Shown here piece by piece: positions 9,124 to 19,526 of a stretch of DNA of 64,000 bases (positions are counted from its first letter, which is position 1; each line of letters begins with the position of its first letter). The position numbers and the translations under genes were made by a program. The stretch comes from an uncultured delta proteobacterium (GTDB lineage Bacteria; Desulfobacterota; Desulfobacteria; Desulfobacterales; SpSt-501), in contig CAVOWH010000023.1 in the NCBI GenBank assembly GCA_963700055.1, positions 64,201-128,200 on the forward strand. The letters are read 5' to 3'. The notes beneath the pieces were generated by a model. That model did no database searches, had not been told where the DNA came from, and saw nothing but the letters and a program-made list of their open reading frames with translations.

Positions 9124-9171
9124 CAAAAAGAATTGGCGGCAGCAAGCATGCGCTGCCGCCAATTCTTTTTG
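9124..9171. terminator. Perfect 20-bp inverted repeat, probable bidirectional terminator
   Basis: CAAAAAGAATTGGCGGCAGC-aagcatgc-GCTGCCGCCAATTCTTTTTG. Confidence 0.75.
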
Positions 9172-9222
9172 CACGTCCATGCTTAAAATAAAAATGCGCC
9201 GCCCGCGCAGCAGGCGGCGTTT

Positions 9223-9804
9223 TTATTTTACACGTTCGGCCTTGAGGATCATGACGGTGTCGGCGGGCACGTCCTGGTGACCGCCGCGGTTGGTCGTCTT
9301 GACCTTGGCGATGGCGTCCACGACCTCCATGCCCTCCACCACCTTGCCGAAAACAGCATAGCCCCAGCCCTGAACGGTCTTGTTCTTAAAATCCAGGAAA
9401 TCGTTGTCCACCAGGTTGATGAAGAACTGGGCCGTCGCGCTGTCCGGCACCTGGGTGCGGGCCATGGCGATCGCGCCGCGTTGGTTCTTCAGGCCGTTGT
9501 CAGCCTCGTTTTTGACCGGAGACTTGGTCGGTTTCTCCTTCATGCCGGCGGTCATTCCGCCGCCCTGGATCATGAAGTTGGGGATGACACGGTGGAAGAT
9601 GGTGCTGTTGTAGTGGCCGGCATCCACGTAGTCCAAAAAGTTCTGGACGGTCTTGGGTGCCTTGTCCGGGTAAAGCTCGATCACGATCTTGCCCTTGTCG
9701 GTCTCCAGCGCAACCTTGGGACTGTCGCCGGCGGCCGCCGGCGACACGGCAGCCAGGACGCTGAGTGCTGAAATCCATGCAAATTTCATAATCACGTTCT
9801 CCAT
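9223..9804 (-). CDS. ppiA: Exported cyclophilin-type peptidyl-prolyl cis-trans isomerase
   Basis: [19 protein letters not shown]...[18 protein letters not shown]-terminal signal peptide. Confidence 0.93.
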   Translation of the reverse strand: MENVIMKFAWISALSVLAAVSPAAAGDSPKVALETDKGKIVIELYPDKAPKTVQNFLDYVDAGHYNSTIFHRVIPNFMIQGGGMTAGMKEKPTKSPVKNEADNGLKNQRGAIAMARTQVPDSATAQFFINLVDNDFLDFKNKTVQGWGYAVFGKVVEGMEVVDAIAKVKTTNRGGHQDVPADTVMILKAERVK

Positions 9805-9992
9805 TCGGTGAATTTAAATGCCCCTGCAAAATAACCGATAATCCCGTCAAGTCAAGCTATCTGCCGGAGAGCAATTGACGCCGGCAGCCGGTGCTGATAG
9901 AGTCCGTATCCAGCCGACCCTGCGTCCGTTTTTCGGAGAGGGGCGGTGTTCGCCCCTCGCCCCGCCCGACTTACAGAAAGGGGTGGCCTCCC

Positions 9993-11504
9993 ATGAACGC
10001 GCTGCTCATTCACCCGGCTTTCCCGCTGACCTTCTGGAGCTACAAATACGCGATTCCTTTCATCCGCAAGAAGGCCGCCCTGCCACCCCTGGGGCTGCTG
10101 ACGGTGGCGGCGATGCTGCCGGCCGATTGGCCGAAGCGTCTCGTGGACCTCAACGTGGAAGCGCTGACACCGGCGGATTTGGCCTGGGCGGATTACGCTT
10201 TCATCAGCGCCATGGCCGTCCAGCGGCGATCGGCCAAAGAGGTGCTCGCAAGCTGCCGGTCGGCCGGCGTCAAAGTCGTTGTCGGAGGCCCGCTCTTTAC
10301 CGTTGAACATGAGCTCTTTCCGGAGGTCGACCACTTCATACTGAACGAGGCCGAACTCACCCTGCCCCCTTTTTTGGAGGACCTGCGGGCAGGACGTCCG
10401 CAACGGATATACGCCTCCCGGGATTTCCCCGCTCTGAGCCTCACTCCGCCGCCGTTGTGGGGGCTGATCGATCTGAAGCGTTACGCCACCATGAGCATCC
10501 AGTTCTCGCGCGGCTGCCCGTTCAACTGCGACTTCTGCAACGTCACCGCCCTGTTCGGCCACCGGCCGCGGCAGAAGGGCGCCGCGCAGGTCATCTGCGA
10601 GCTTGACGACTTATATCGGCGCGGATGGCGAGGGGCCGTCTTTTTCGTGGACGACAATTTCATCGGCAACAAAGGATACCTGCGCGAGGTGCTTCTGCCG
10701 GCGCTAATCGAGTGGCGCAAGGGCAAGAGGGGCCTGCCGTTCAACACCGAGGTGTCCATCAACCTGGCCGATGATCGCGTCTTGATGGAGCTGATGGTGG
10801 CGGCCGGATTCAATTCCGTCTTCGTGGGCATCGAAACCCCGGAGGAGGACAGCTTGGCGGAGTGCAACAAGCTCCAGAACCGCCGCCGCGACCTGATGGC
10901 CAGCGTCAAGCGCATCCAACGCGCGGGGTTGCAGGTCCAGGGCGGATTCATCGTGGGTTTTGACAGCGACCCCTTGTCCATCTTCCAGCGGCAGATCGAT
11001 TTCATTCAAAGCAGCGGCATCGTCACCGCCATGGTCGGTCTGCTGCAGGCCCCGCCCGGAACCGGCCTGTTCGAGCGCCTGCGGCGGGAAAACCGGCTGA
11101 TCGGACTGATTTCCGGCGACAATGCGGACGGCACCACCAACATCATTCCCAAAATGGGATTGAATGTCCTGCTCGATGGCTACCGGACCATCCTGAGTCA
11201 GATCTACGCGCCGCGTTACTACTACCAGCGAGTGGTGACGTTTTTGCGCGAATTCAAAACCACCGGCGTGGACACTCCCATGGATCTCCAGCGGTTCCTG
11301 GCGTTTTTCCGATCCTGCCTGCGGCTGGGCATCATCGGCCGGGAACGCGCGCATTACTGGAAACTGATGGTGTGGACGCTCTTGCGCCGGCCCCGGCTTT
11401 TCTCCCTGGCGATGACCCTCGCCATCCAAGGCTACCACTTCCGCAAGGTCAGCGAGCTCCACCTTCTCAATACGTCGGGCAAACGCCGCGGATGCCATGC
11501 TTGA
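9993..11504 (+). CDS. B12-binding radical SAM protein with DUF4070 (HpnP-like)
   Basis: PPLGLLTVAA B12-binding N-terminus, RGCPFNCDFC, FVDDNFIG, GFIVGFDSD. Confidence 0.9.
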   Translation: MNALLIHPAFPLTFWSYKYAIPFIRKKAALPPLGLLTVAAMLPADWPKRLVDLNVEALTPADLAWADYAFISAMAVQRRSAKEVLASCRSAGVKVVVGGPLFTVEHELFPEVDHFILNEAELTLPPFLEDLRAGRPQRIYASRDFPALSLTPPPLWGLIDLKRYATMSIQFSRGCPFNCDFCNVTALFGHRPRQKGAAQVICELDDLYRRGWRGAVFFVDDNFIGNKGYLREVLLPALIEWRKGKRGLPFNTEVSINLADDRVLMELMVAAGFNSVFVGIETPEEDSLAECNKLQNRRRDLMASVKRIQRAGLQVQGGFIVGFDSDPLSIFQRQIDFIQSSGIVTAMVGLLQAPPGTGLFERLRRENRLIGLISGDNADGTTNIIPKMGLNVLLDGYRTILSQIYAPRYYYQRVVTFLREFKTTGVDTPMDLQRFLAFFRSCLRLGIIGRERAHYWKLMVWTLLRRPRLFSLAMTLAIQGYHFRKVSELHLLNTSGKRRGCHA

Positions 11505-11664
11505 CGGGTGCCCGGCCGGCTCGCGGCTGCGGATGCACCGACGCACTGCTAAAGGGTGCTCTACCCAAACAGCCGGATTTGGTCTATCATGGCCACACAG
11601 ATCATGTTCGACTGGGCCGGTGGGGTGCCCCTGCGTGCCTCCGGCATTTTTAGGAGGCGGCGAC

Positions 11665-12198
11665 ATGCATGAGGCTCTTATTGCTTCGGAATTGAGTCAG
11701 GCCAAAGCGCGCCAGCAGCGGCGCGTTCAGGCCGGGGCCGACCCGGCAGTGGCCGGTTGGCAGCGCTTTCTCGAGGGCATGCTCATCCGCTTAGAGGATT
11801 ACCTGCGGCCGGGAAGCCTGGTGACGTTCCAATCGCTTGCACCCGACGAAAAAGTTTTTTTCGAAAAGTTGAGCAAGGCCGTCGCTATTCCTCCAAACGT
11901 TAGCGCAGTCTTCATCCCGCCCAGCGTTCGGCAGGGCATGATGTTCAATCCGGATTCGGGGCCGGCCCCCGCGCGCATCCCAAACGATTCCGGCATCCTG
12001 CTGGCCATCCGTCAGCGCGATTACGCGATCGTGCTCAATACATTCTTTGCTCTGCCGCCTTACGCCGCCGGGATCGATGTCTATGAAGAGGGCCGGCTGC
12101 TGGCGGGCTACAGCTATGCAACCGTTAGCGAATGCCGGGACAACCTCGCTCGAATCATTAACACCTATCTAAAGCCCCGCAAACCAGTCTCCGTTTGA
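11665..12198 (+). CDS. Hypothetical protein
   Basis: RBS AGGAGG before ATG 11665 (MHEALIAS). 177 aa, no family recognised. Confidence 0.65.
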   Translation: MHEALIASELSQAKARQQRRVQAGADPAVAGWQRFLEGMLIRLEDYLRPGSLVTFQSLAPDEKVFFEKLSKAVAIPPNVSAVFIPPSVRQGMMFNPDSGPAPARIPNDSGILLAIRQRDYAIVLNTFFALPPYAAGIDVYEEGRLLAGYSYATVSECRDNLARIINTYLKPRKPVSV

Positions 12199-12274
12199 TC
12201 CGATCGCCTGGAAGGCGATGCCATTCACCGGAAGCTAAATTCCAAAATCAGCCGCAGGCCAAGCGTTACGCCGC

Positions 12275-13699
12275 CTAAAGGGGGCTACGGCGCGCTGCCG
12301 CAGGCGGCCGCAGCGAGAGACCATATTTTTTGAGCTTCTTGTAAAACAGCGAGCGATGGATGCCCAGCATTTGGGCCGCACGGGCTTTGTTGAATTCCGC
12401 GGCTTCCAGAGCCCGCCGCAGGGCTTCCTTCTCGGCCGAGTGCTGGACCTGCTTGAGTGGCTCGGGGGCCGGAGTGCCTGGCCGCTTGCCCTTCTGCAAT
12501 AGATAGCGAGGCAGATCGGAAAGATCCACCCGGTCATGCTCGGCATAGTGCACGGCCCGCTCCAAGACGTTGGAAAGCTCGCGGACATTGCCGGGCCAGG
12601 CGTAACTCCTCAGGGCATCCTCGGCCTCCGAGCTCAGGACCACCTCTGCCAGGCCACAATCTTGACCGATCTGCTGAAGCAGGTGGCGGGCGATGGGCAG
12701 AATGTCCTCTTGGCGCTCCCGCAGGGGAGGTATCTGCAGGGTGATGACGTTCAGTCGGTAAAACAGATCGGTCCGGAAACGGTTTTCGGCAAGCATGTTC
12801 TCCAGGTTGTGGTTGGTCGCCGCCAGCAGACGAAAATCGGATTTGACCAAGGAAGTGCCGCCGACCCGTTCGAAGTCCTTTTCCTCCAACACCCGCAACA
12901 GCTTCGGCTGCATCTCGAGCGGCAGATCGCCGATTTCATCCAGAAACAAGGACCCGTGGTGGGCCAGTTCGATCTTGCCGGGCTTTCCGGTCGCCTTGGC
13001 GCCGGTGAAGGCCCCCTTGTCGTAGCCGAAGAGCTCGGATTCGAACAGCTCCCGGGGAATGGCCGCACAGTTCACGCGCACGAAGGGATGAAACTTGCGC
13101 GGGCTGGCGTTGTGAACGGCCTGGGCGAAAAGTTCCTTGCCGGTTCCGGACTCGCCCACGATCACCACCGGCAGACTTGTAGCGGCGGCTTTGATGGCCT
13201 GCCATTTCAATGCCGTCATGGCCTTGCTCGCTCCAACGATGCTGTCCATGGTGTAGCGGGTCGAACGCAGGGAGAGCAGTTCATTCTCGTAAAGGTGGAC
13301 CTTCGATTCCAAGAAGGAGACCTTCTCCGCCAGGCGGCTGGCCGTGCTCGCGCTGTCGAACAGCACCAGGCCCGCGACGGCGATCACACGGCCATCTTCC
13401 TTGATCGGGACCCGGTGGACCAGAAAGCCGTGCTCCTTGAATTGATGCGGATAGTTGATTTCCATCTGACCGGTCTTGGCCACGATGTGCAGGCGCGTGT
13501 TGGCGACCACGTCGGTGGCGTGTTTGCCGATCTCCGCCCGGGGGTCGATGTCGAGGAAGCGGGCATAGGTGTCGTTGATGTAGATGATGCGGCCTTCGTG
13601 GTCGGAGATGATGACGCCGATCTGCAAATTATCCACAATTTTCTTGAAGAAATCCAGACGGTGAACAGGCGAATCAGGGGGGACCGCCGCAGTCTCCAT
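12275..13699 (-). CDS. Sigma-54-dependent transcriptional activator (PAS-AAA+-Fis HTH)
   Basis: GESGTGKE, ESELFGYDKGAFTGA, LFLDEIG, WPGNVREL and a C-terminal HTH. Confidence 0.95.
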   Translation of the reverse strand: METAAVPPDSPVHRLDFFKKIVDNLQIGVIISDHEGRIIYINDTYARFLDIDPRAEIGKHATDVVANTRLHIVAKTGQMEINYPHQFKEHGFLVHRVPIKEDGRVIAVAGLVLFDSASTASRLAEKVSFLESKVHLYENELLSLRSTRYTMDSIVGASKAMTALKWQAIKAAATSLPVVIVGESGTGKELFAQAVHNASPRKFHPFVRVNCAAIPRELFESELFGYDKGAFTGAKATGKPGKIELAHHGSLFLDEIGDLPLEMQPKLLRVLEEKDFERVGGTSLVKSDFRLLAATNHNLENMLAENRFRTDLFYRLNVITLQIPPLRERQEDILPIARHLLQQIGQDCGLAEVVLSSEAEDALRSYAWPGNVRELSNVLERAVHYAEHDRVDLSDLPRYLLQKGKRPGTPAPEPLKQVQHSAEKEALRRALEAAEFNKARAAQMLGIHRSLFYKKLKKYGLSLRPPAAARRSPL

Positions 13700-13729
13700 G
13701 CGTACCTCCAAAGTCTCTTTCTGTAGACA

Positions 13730-13747
13730 TGTCTCAATTTTGAGTCT
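13730..13747. promoter_or_regulatory. Palindromic site, candidate enhancer (UAS) for the adjacent activator
   Basis: TGTCTCAATTTTGAGTCT, about 125 bp upstream of the sigma-54 promoter. Confidence 0.5.
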
Positions 13748-13869
13748 TATCAACTCGTATACACTTCGATCCGGAGGGAATCAAGGGTGATTAATGGGCA
13801 CCCAATAACAAATTGAAATATATAGATATGGTTGTCCATATCGAAACCTTTAAGATTTTCTCCGCGGAA

Positions 13870-13885
13870 TGGTACGCTATTCGCT
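13870..13885 (+). promoter_or_regulatory. Sigma-54 -24/-12 promoter
   Basis: TGGTACGCTATTCGCT has GG-N10-GC spacing, lies about 80 bp before the ligase start and is divergent from a sigma-54 activator. Confidence 0.7.
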
Positions 13886-13963
13886 ATAAAACCAGCCGGC
13901 AGGTCTCCGCATCGGGGTTGGATCCTCTTTCTTTCATCCACTGAGATTTTCGAGGAGAAGCGG

Positions 13964-15511
13964 ATGAACATCGGATCCCTGTTTTCCAGGCACGCCAAAT
14001 ACCGTCCCGATCATCTGGCGGCCGTCTTCGGCGCGCGGCGCCTGACCTTTCTGCAGTTCAACCGCGAAATCAACCGCATAGCCAACGCCCTGCTGGCCCT
14101 CGGGGTGAACAAAGGCGAGAAGATCGCCACCCTCCTTCCCAACTGCATGGAGCTTCTGGAGGTTTATTGGGCCTGCGCCAAGATCGGGGCCGTGGTGGTG
14201 CCCTTGAGCACCTTGCTGCGGGAGCAGGCCGTCGTCGCCCTGCTCAACGACGCCGATGCCGTGATGCTGGTGACAAACTCCGGCTTTGCCGTGGCCGTCG
14301 AGTCCGTGAAGGCCGAGCTGCCGGGGATCGCGCACGACCGTTATCTCCTCACTGACGGGCAACGCAACGGCTTCCGGGACTACCATGGGCTGAAGGCGGC
14401 AGCCAGCGACCAAGAGCCCGAAGCCGAAACGGTCGCGGATGATGATCCCTTCAACATCATGTACAGCAGCGGGACCACCGGTCTTCCGAAAGGAATCGTT
14501 AACACCCACCGCATCCGCGCGGCCTACGCCACCTCCTTCGCAGCGGCCTTCCGCATGACGCCCGAAAGCATCACCATGCACGGCGGCGCGATCGTATTCA
14601 ACGGCGCCTTCGTGGACCTCATGCCGGCCGTTTTCACGGGCGGGACGTACATTCTGCTGCCCCAGTTCGACCCCGGAGACTACATTCGAACCATCGCCCG
14701 CGAACGCGTCACGCATGTCATCATGGTGCCCTCTCAGATCGTCGCCGTGCTCAACCATCCCGCCTTCTCCGCCGATGCCCTCAGCTCGCTCGAAATGATC
14801 TTGGCGCTCGGCGCACCCTTGCACGGCGAGCACAAGGAGCGGCTCAACCGGCTTCTCCCCGGCCGCTTTTATGAACTTTATGGCCTGACCGAGGGGTTCG
14901 TGACGGTTCTGGATAAGAACGATTATGCCTGGAAGCCGGGTTCGGTCGGCGCGCCGCCTCCATTTTTCGAAATGTGCATCCAGGATCCCGACGGCAATCC
15001 CCTGCCGCCCGGCGAAATCGGCGAGATCTGCGGCCGCGGCCCTATTCTCATGCCGGGATACTACAAGCGCCCCGATCTGACCCGGCAGGCCGTCCGGGAA
15101 GGGTGGCTGCACTCCGGCGACCTGGGGTACATGGACGAAGACGGGTTTCTCTATCTGGTCGACCGCGTGAAAGACATGATCATCTCCGGCGGGGTCAACG
15201 TCTACCCGCGGGACATCGAGGAGGTGGTCGTCCAGCATCCGCGCGTGCGGGAGGCGGCCGTCTTCGGCGCGGCGCACGACAAGTGGGGCGAAACCCCTGT
15301 GGCTGCCGTCATTTTGAAGCAGGCCGGCTCGATCACGGCCGATGCGCTCAAGGGCTGGATCAACGAGCGGGTCGCCGCCAAGTTTCAGCGCGTGTCCGAC
15401 GTCATGATTCTGGACGATTTTCCCCGCAATGTGGCCGGCAAGATCCTCAAGCGCGACATGCGGGAGCGCTACCGGCGGGGGTCATCGAGGCTGAAAGCCT
15501 CTACCACATAA
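13964..15511 (+). CDS. Acyl-CoA synthetase (AMP-forming), long-chain-fatty-acid-CoA ligase family
   Basis: YSSGTTGLPKG, YGLTE, SGDLG, DRVKDMIISGG, PRNVAGKI. Confidence 0.93.
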   Translation: MNIGSLFSRHAKYRPDHLAAVFGARRLTFLQFNREINRIANALLALGVNKGEKIATLLPNCMELLEVYWACAKIGAVVVPLSTLLREQAVVALLNDADAVMLVTNSGFAVAVESVKAELPGIAHDRYLLTDGQRNGFRDYHGLKAAASDQEPEAETVADDDPFNIMYSSGTTGLPKGIVNTHRIRAAYATSFAAAFRMTPESITMHGGAIVFNGAFVDLMPAVFTGGTYILLPQFDPGDYIRTIARERVTHVIMVPSQIVAVLNHPAFSADALSSLEMILALGAPLHGEHKERLNRLLPGRFYELYGLTEGFVTVLDKNDYAWKPGSVGAPPPFFEMCIQDPDGNPLPPGEIGEICGRGPILMPGYYKRPDLTRQAVREGWLHSGDLGYMDEDGFLYLVDRVKDMIISGGVNVYPRDIEEVVVQHPRVREAAVFGAAHDKWGETPVAAVILKQAGSITADALKGWINERVAAKFQRVSDVMILDDFPRNVAGKILKRDMRERYRRGSSRLKASTT

Positions 15512-15596
15512 AAACAAACTTCTTTACACCATAGGCTGGCGCCAAGCGCCACACCGGCTGTTACGAAGCCATCCAGAAAACCAAGGAGGAAAAGCC

Positions 15597-16685
15597 ATGA
15601 AGACACTGAAAAAGGGAATCATTCTTTCGTTGGCCTGCGCCTGTATGCTGGCAATGGTCGCCGCGGATGCCGCGGCCCAGCAGAAAGCCGCCGAGCAGAA
15701 AATCGTCCTTCGGGTGCAAAGCGCCTTTGCCGCCGTCCTGCCGGCCTTGGGCGAATGCTTGCCGTTCTTCAAGGAGTACGTCGATGCGGCCAGCGACGGC
15801 AGCATTGAGGTGAAATACTTCGACCCGGGCAAGCTCGTGCCGGCGTTCGAGATCCACGATGCGGTTTCTACAGGTAAAATTGAAGCCGGCTACACCGCGC
15901 CGGTCTACCTCGCCGGAAAGCTTCCGGCGACCGAGCTGTTCACGTATATCCCCTTCGGCGTCGATGCCCCGGCCTATCTTGGCTGGTTCTATAGCGGCAA
16001 CGGCATGAAGCTCTACCAGGAAGCATACGACAGTGCCGGGTACAACTTGAAAGCGTTTGTCTTCACCATGCTGGCGCCCGAGACAGCCGGCTGGTTTCGC
16101 AAGGCTATCGACAAGCAGGAAGACCTGAAAGGCATGGCCATTCGTTATCCGGGCCTGCCTGGGAAAGTGCTGCAGAAGCTCGGGGCCTCTATCAGCATGG
16201 TCCCCGGCAGCGAAATCTACCAGTCGCTCGAAAAGGGCGCCATCGACGGCACCGAGTTTTCCAACCCGGCCATCGACCAGAAACTCGGCTTCTTCAAGGT
16301 CGCCAAGTACAACTACTTCCCGGGCTGGCACCAGCCGGCCACCAACCTGGAGCTCGTGATCAACAAGGATACCTGGAACAAGATGAGTCCGCGGCAAAAG
16401 GCCGTCATCGAGCTGGCGGTCCGGGCCGTGACCACCTTCACCCTGGCGCGGTCATCGGCGGTGCAAGGCGCGGCCATCCTCGAGAATGCGAAAAACGGTG
16501 TGACCAATGCGGTCTTTTCAAAAGAGCTGCTGGACCTGTTCCGCAAGACCTGGAATGAGGTGATTGCCGAGGAGACGGCCAAGGATCCCATGCTGAAAAA
16601 GATCTGGGACGACTACAAGAGCTATGAAGCCTCCTACAACCCATGGGCTTGCATCGGGTACCTGACGAAACCCGACTGCAAATAG
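15597..16685 (+). CDS. dctP: TRAP transporter substrate-binding protein (DctP, TakP-like)
   Basis: Signal peptide; AGWFRKAI...DLKG, LEKGAIDGTEF, YYFPGWHQP-like motif (YNYFPGWHQP). Confidence 0.92.
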   Translation: MKTLKKGIILSLACACMLAMVAADAAAQQKAAEQKIVLRVQSAFAAVLPALGECLPFFKEYVDAASDGSIEVKYFDPGKLVPAFEIHDAVSTGKIEAGYTAPVYLAGKLPATELFTYIPFGVDAPAYLGWFYSGNGMKLYQEAYDSAGYNLKAFVFTMLAPETAGWFRKAIDKQEDLKGMAIRYPGLPGKVLQKLGASISMVPGSEIYQSLEKGAIDGTEFSNPAIDQKLGFFKVAKYNYFPGWHQPATNLELVINKDTWNKMSPRQKAVIELAVRAVTTFTLARSSAVQGAAILENAKNGVTNAVFSKELLDLFRKTWNEVIAEETAKDPMLKKIWDDYKSYEASYNPWACIGYLTKPDCK

Positions 16686-16693
16686 GGGCGATT

Positions 16694-17224
16694 ATGAATG
16701 CGCGAGCTGAAGGTAAAGGGCAAACCAATGCCATCGACCGGTTCATTCTGCGATTCGGGCACTTCCTGAGCTGGGCCAATTTTCTCCTCATCTTCGTAAT
16801 CGTTCTTCAGGTGGTGCTGCGCTACGGCTTCGGCCGCGGCATGGTGGCCCTGGAGGAGCTGGAATGGCACCTTTACGCTGTGGCCTTCATGTTCGGGCTT
16901 TCCTATGCAGTGGTCACTGACGCGCATGTGCGGGTTGACCTGATATCGAGTCGCATGAGCCCTACCACCCGGGCCTGGGTGGAGATCGTGGGCCTTGCGG
17001 TTCTGCTGCTGCCCTTCATCGTCATCGTCGTCATCTATGGGTGGGAGTTCTTCCTGTCGTCCTGGGTGCGCCATGAACGCTCGCTCGCCCCCATGGGCCT
17101 TCCCTACCGCTGGGCGATAAAGGCCGTCATCCCGCTGAGCTTCATCCTGTTCGGGCTGGCGGCCCTGACGCGCCTGATCCGTACCATCCAACAGCTAAAG
17201 GGGGCAAGCGATGCTGCTCAATGA
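16694..17224 (+). CDS. dctQ: TRAP transporter small permease
   Basis: Four TM segments; QVVLRY, EELEWHLY, HVRVD. Confidence 0.92.
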   Translation: MNARAEGKGQTNAIDRFILRFGHFLSWANFLLIFVIVLQVVLRYGFGRGMVALEELEWHLYAVAFMFGLSYAVVTDAHVRVDLISSRMSPTTRAWVEIVGLAVLLLPFIVIVVIYGWEFFLSSWVRHERSLAPMGLPYRWAIKAVIPLSFILFGLAALTRLIRTIQQLKGASDAAQ

Positions 17225-18599
17225 CTATCTGGTCGTGGCGATGTTCGTCACGTTCATCGCTTTCATGCTGACGGGCTATCCGATTGCCTTCTGCCTGGCG
17301 GGCACGGCCGTCATTTTCACCGTTGCCGGTCACCTGTTCGACGTTTATCTGGGTACCGCCACCGGTGTGGACTTCAACTACTTCGGCATCGTCGTCACCC
17401 GGATTTTCAACACCATGTCCAATTGGGTGCTTATTTCACTGCCCCTGTTCATCTACATGGGGCTGATGCTCGACAAATCCGGCATGGCCGAGAAGCTGAT
17501 GATGTCCGCCCAGGAGTTGTTCGGCAAGCTGCGCGGCGGCCTGGCCATCACGGTGGTCCTGATCGGGGTGGTCATGGCGGCCTCGACCGGAATCGTCGGC
17601 GCCTCCGTGGTGATGCTGGGGCTCCTGACCATCCCCGCCATGCTGCATCAAGGCTACAACAAACGTCTGGCGGTGGGGGTGGTGGCGGCTTCCGGGACCT
17701 TGGGGATACTGATCCCGCCCAGCATCATGCTGGTGGTGATGGGGGACCAGGTGGGCATCTCCGTGGGCGATCTCTTCATGGGGGCCTTCATCCCGGGCTT
17801 CATCCTGGCCGGGCTTTACATGGTGTACCTCGTCATCATTTGCCTGGTGCGGCCGGATGATGCCCCGCTGCCCAAGGACTTGCGGCCGATCACCCGGCAG
17901 GTCCTGAAAGAGGCGATGAAAAGCATCGTCCCGCCGTCGCTGCTGGTACTTTCAGTTCTGGGATCGATCTTCGCCGGCATTGCGACCGTCACCGAAGCCA
18001 GCGGCGTAGGAGCCCTTTTCGCGACGATCCTCGCCTATGTCAACAAAAAGCTCGACATGAGGGTCATGCGGGAGGTGCTCTATGCAACCTTCAAAACCAA
18101 CGCTTACATTTTCGGCATCCTGATCGGCGCCACCTGCTTCGCCCTGGTTCTGAGAGGCTTAGGCGGCGACGAGTTCATCGCCCGCCTGCTCAAGTCCCTA
18201 CCCTTCGGCCCCATGGGGATACTCTGGTTTATCGTGTTTGTGGTTTTCCTGCTGGGTTTTTTCCTGGACTGGATCGAGATCTGCTTCATCATCCTGCCCC
18301 TGATCACGCCGGTGGTAGCGGAGCTCAATTTCAGCGTTAATGGATTCGGGGTGGTAAGCGAGCCTAAGATGGTCTGGTTCCTGCTGATCATCGCGGTTAC
18401 CCTGCAGACCTCGTTCCTGACGCCGCCGGTAGGGTTCTCGCTGTTTTATCTCAAGGGCATCGTGCCCAAGGAAATCACCCTGGGCGACATCTACCGCGGC
18501 ATCATTCCTTTCGTGGTTCTGCAGATGTTGGGGGTGGCCATCATTTCCATCTGGCCGGAGCTGGTCACTTGGCTGCCGGCCGTGGCGTATCGAAAATGA
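17211..18599 (+). CDS. dctM: TRAP transporter large permease
   Basis: GTLGILIPPSI and FLTPPVG; highly hydrophobic. Confidence 0.94.
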   Translation: MLLNDYLVVAMFVTFIAFMLTGYPIAFCLAGTAVIFTVAGHLFDVYLGTATGVDFNYFGIVVTRIFNTMSNWVLISLPLFIYMGLMLDKSGMAEKLMMSAQELFGKLRGGLAITVVLIGVVMAASTGIVGASVVMLGLLTIPAMLHQGYNKRLAVGVVAASGTLGILIPPSIMLVVMGDQVGISVGDLFMGAFIPGFILAGLYMVYLVIICLVRPDDAPLPKDLRPITRQVLKEAMKSIVPPSLLVLSVLGSIFAGIATVTEASGVGALFATILAYVNKKLDMRVMREVLYATFKTNAYIFGILIGATCFALVLRGLGGDEFIARLLKSLPFGPMGILWFIVFVVFLLGFFLDWIEICFIILPLITPVVAELNFSVNGFGVVSEPKMVWFLLIIAVTLQTSFLTPPVGFSLFYLKGIVPKEITLGDIYRGIIPFVVLQMLGVAIISIWPELVTWLPAVAYRK

Positions 18600-18624
18600 T
18601 TGAATAGGTTTAAGGAGGCTGCAT

Positions 18625-19419
18625 ATGGAGATCCGCAATTCGGTGGCGCTCATCACCGGAGGGGCCAACGGCATCGGCGAATGCTGCGCCAAGAGTCTGG
18701 TGCGGGCCGGCGCACGGGTGGCGATCTGCGACATCGTGCAGGAGCAGATCGACCGGGTGGTCAAAGAGATCAGGGACTCCGGCGGCGAGGCCGTCGGCAT
18801 CCAGGGCAACGTGGTCAAGGAGGCCGACCAGGCCCGGTTCATTCAGGAAACGGTCAAGGCGTTCGGCCGGCTTAACATCGTGATCCCTTCGGCCGGCATC
18901 ATCCGCGACGGCACGGTGGTGACCACCGACCGCGAAAGCGGCAAGGTCGTGCGCAAGATGAGCCTGGAGCAATGGCAGCAAGTGATCGACGTCAACCTCA
19001 CCGGCACCTTCCTCACCGTGCGCGATGCCATCGAGGCCATGGTAAACGGCGGCTGGGAGGGGATCATCTGCCTGATGTCCTCGATCAACAAGGAGGGCCA
19101 GGTCGGCCAGCTCAACTACAGCGCCACCAAGGCGGCCGTGGCCCTGATGCCGAAGATCCTGGTGGGTGAGTTCATGATCCGCAAGATCCGCAACATCCGG
19201 GTGGTGGCCATCGCGCCGGGCTATGTGAACACCGCGATCCTGAAAGGCATGAACCAGGAAGCGCTCGCGGCCATCCTGAAGGATGTCCACAGGGGAAAGC
19301 TGGTCGAGCCGGAAGAAATTGCGTCCTGCATCATGCACTGCATAGAGAACGATGCCATCAACGCGACTACCATCGAGGTGACCGGCGGGCTGACCTACGC
19401 CCGCAGCCGGGCGAAATGA
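18625..19419 (+). CDS. SDR oxidoreductase (FabG/PhaB-like 3-oxoacyl reductase)
   Basis: TGGANGIG, AGIIRDG, catalytic YSATK. Confidence 0.9.
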   Translation: MEIRNSVALITGGANGIGECCAKSLVRAGARVAICDIVQEQIDRVVKEIRDSGGEAVGIQGNVVKEADQARFIQETVKAFGRLNIVIPSAGIIRDGTVVTTDRESGKVVRKMSLEQWQQVIDVNLTGTFLTVRDAIEAMVNGGWEGIICLMSSINKEGQVGQLNYSATKAAVALMPKILVGEFMIRKIRNIRVVAIAPGYVNTAILKGMNQEALAAILKDVHRGKLVEPEEIASCIMHCIENDAINATTIEVTGGLTYARSRAK

Positions 19420-19526
19420 ATTCAATTTACACTTACGCTGGCACTATGCAGCTCAACCGTCAGACGCTGTTGGGGAGAATCCCCGAGTTCGGGTAGACGC
19501 TTTTTCAAAAAAAAAGGAGGTGAAAA

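Noticed and set aside
9993-11504. Calling the radical SAM protein a hopanoid methylase (hpnP)
   Set aside because: The family is broad and there are no hopanoid genes nearby, so a specific function is unsupported.
19438-19456. TGGCAC as an internal sigma-54 promoter before the hydrolase
   Set aside because: The GC at -12 is not at GG-N10-GC spacing.
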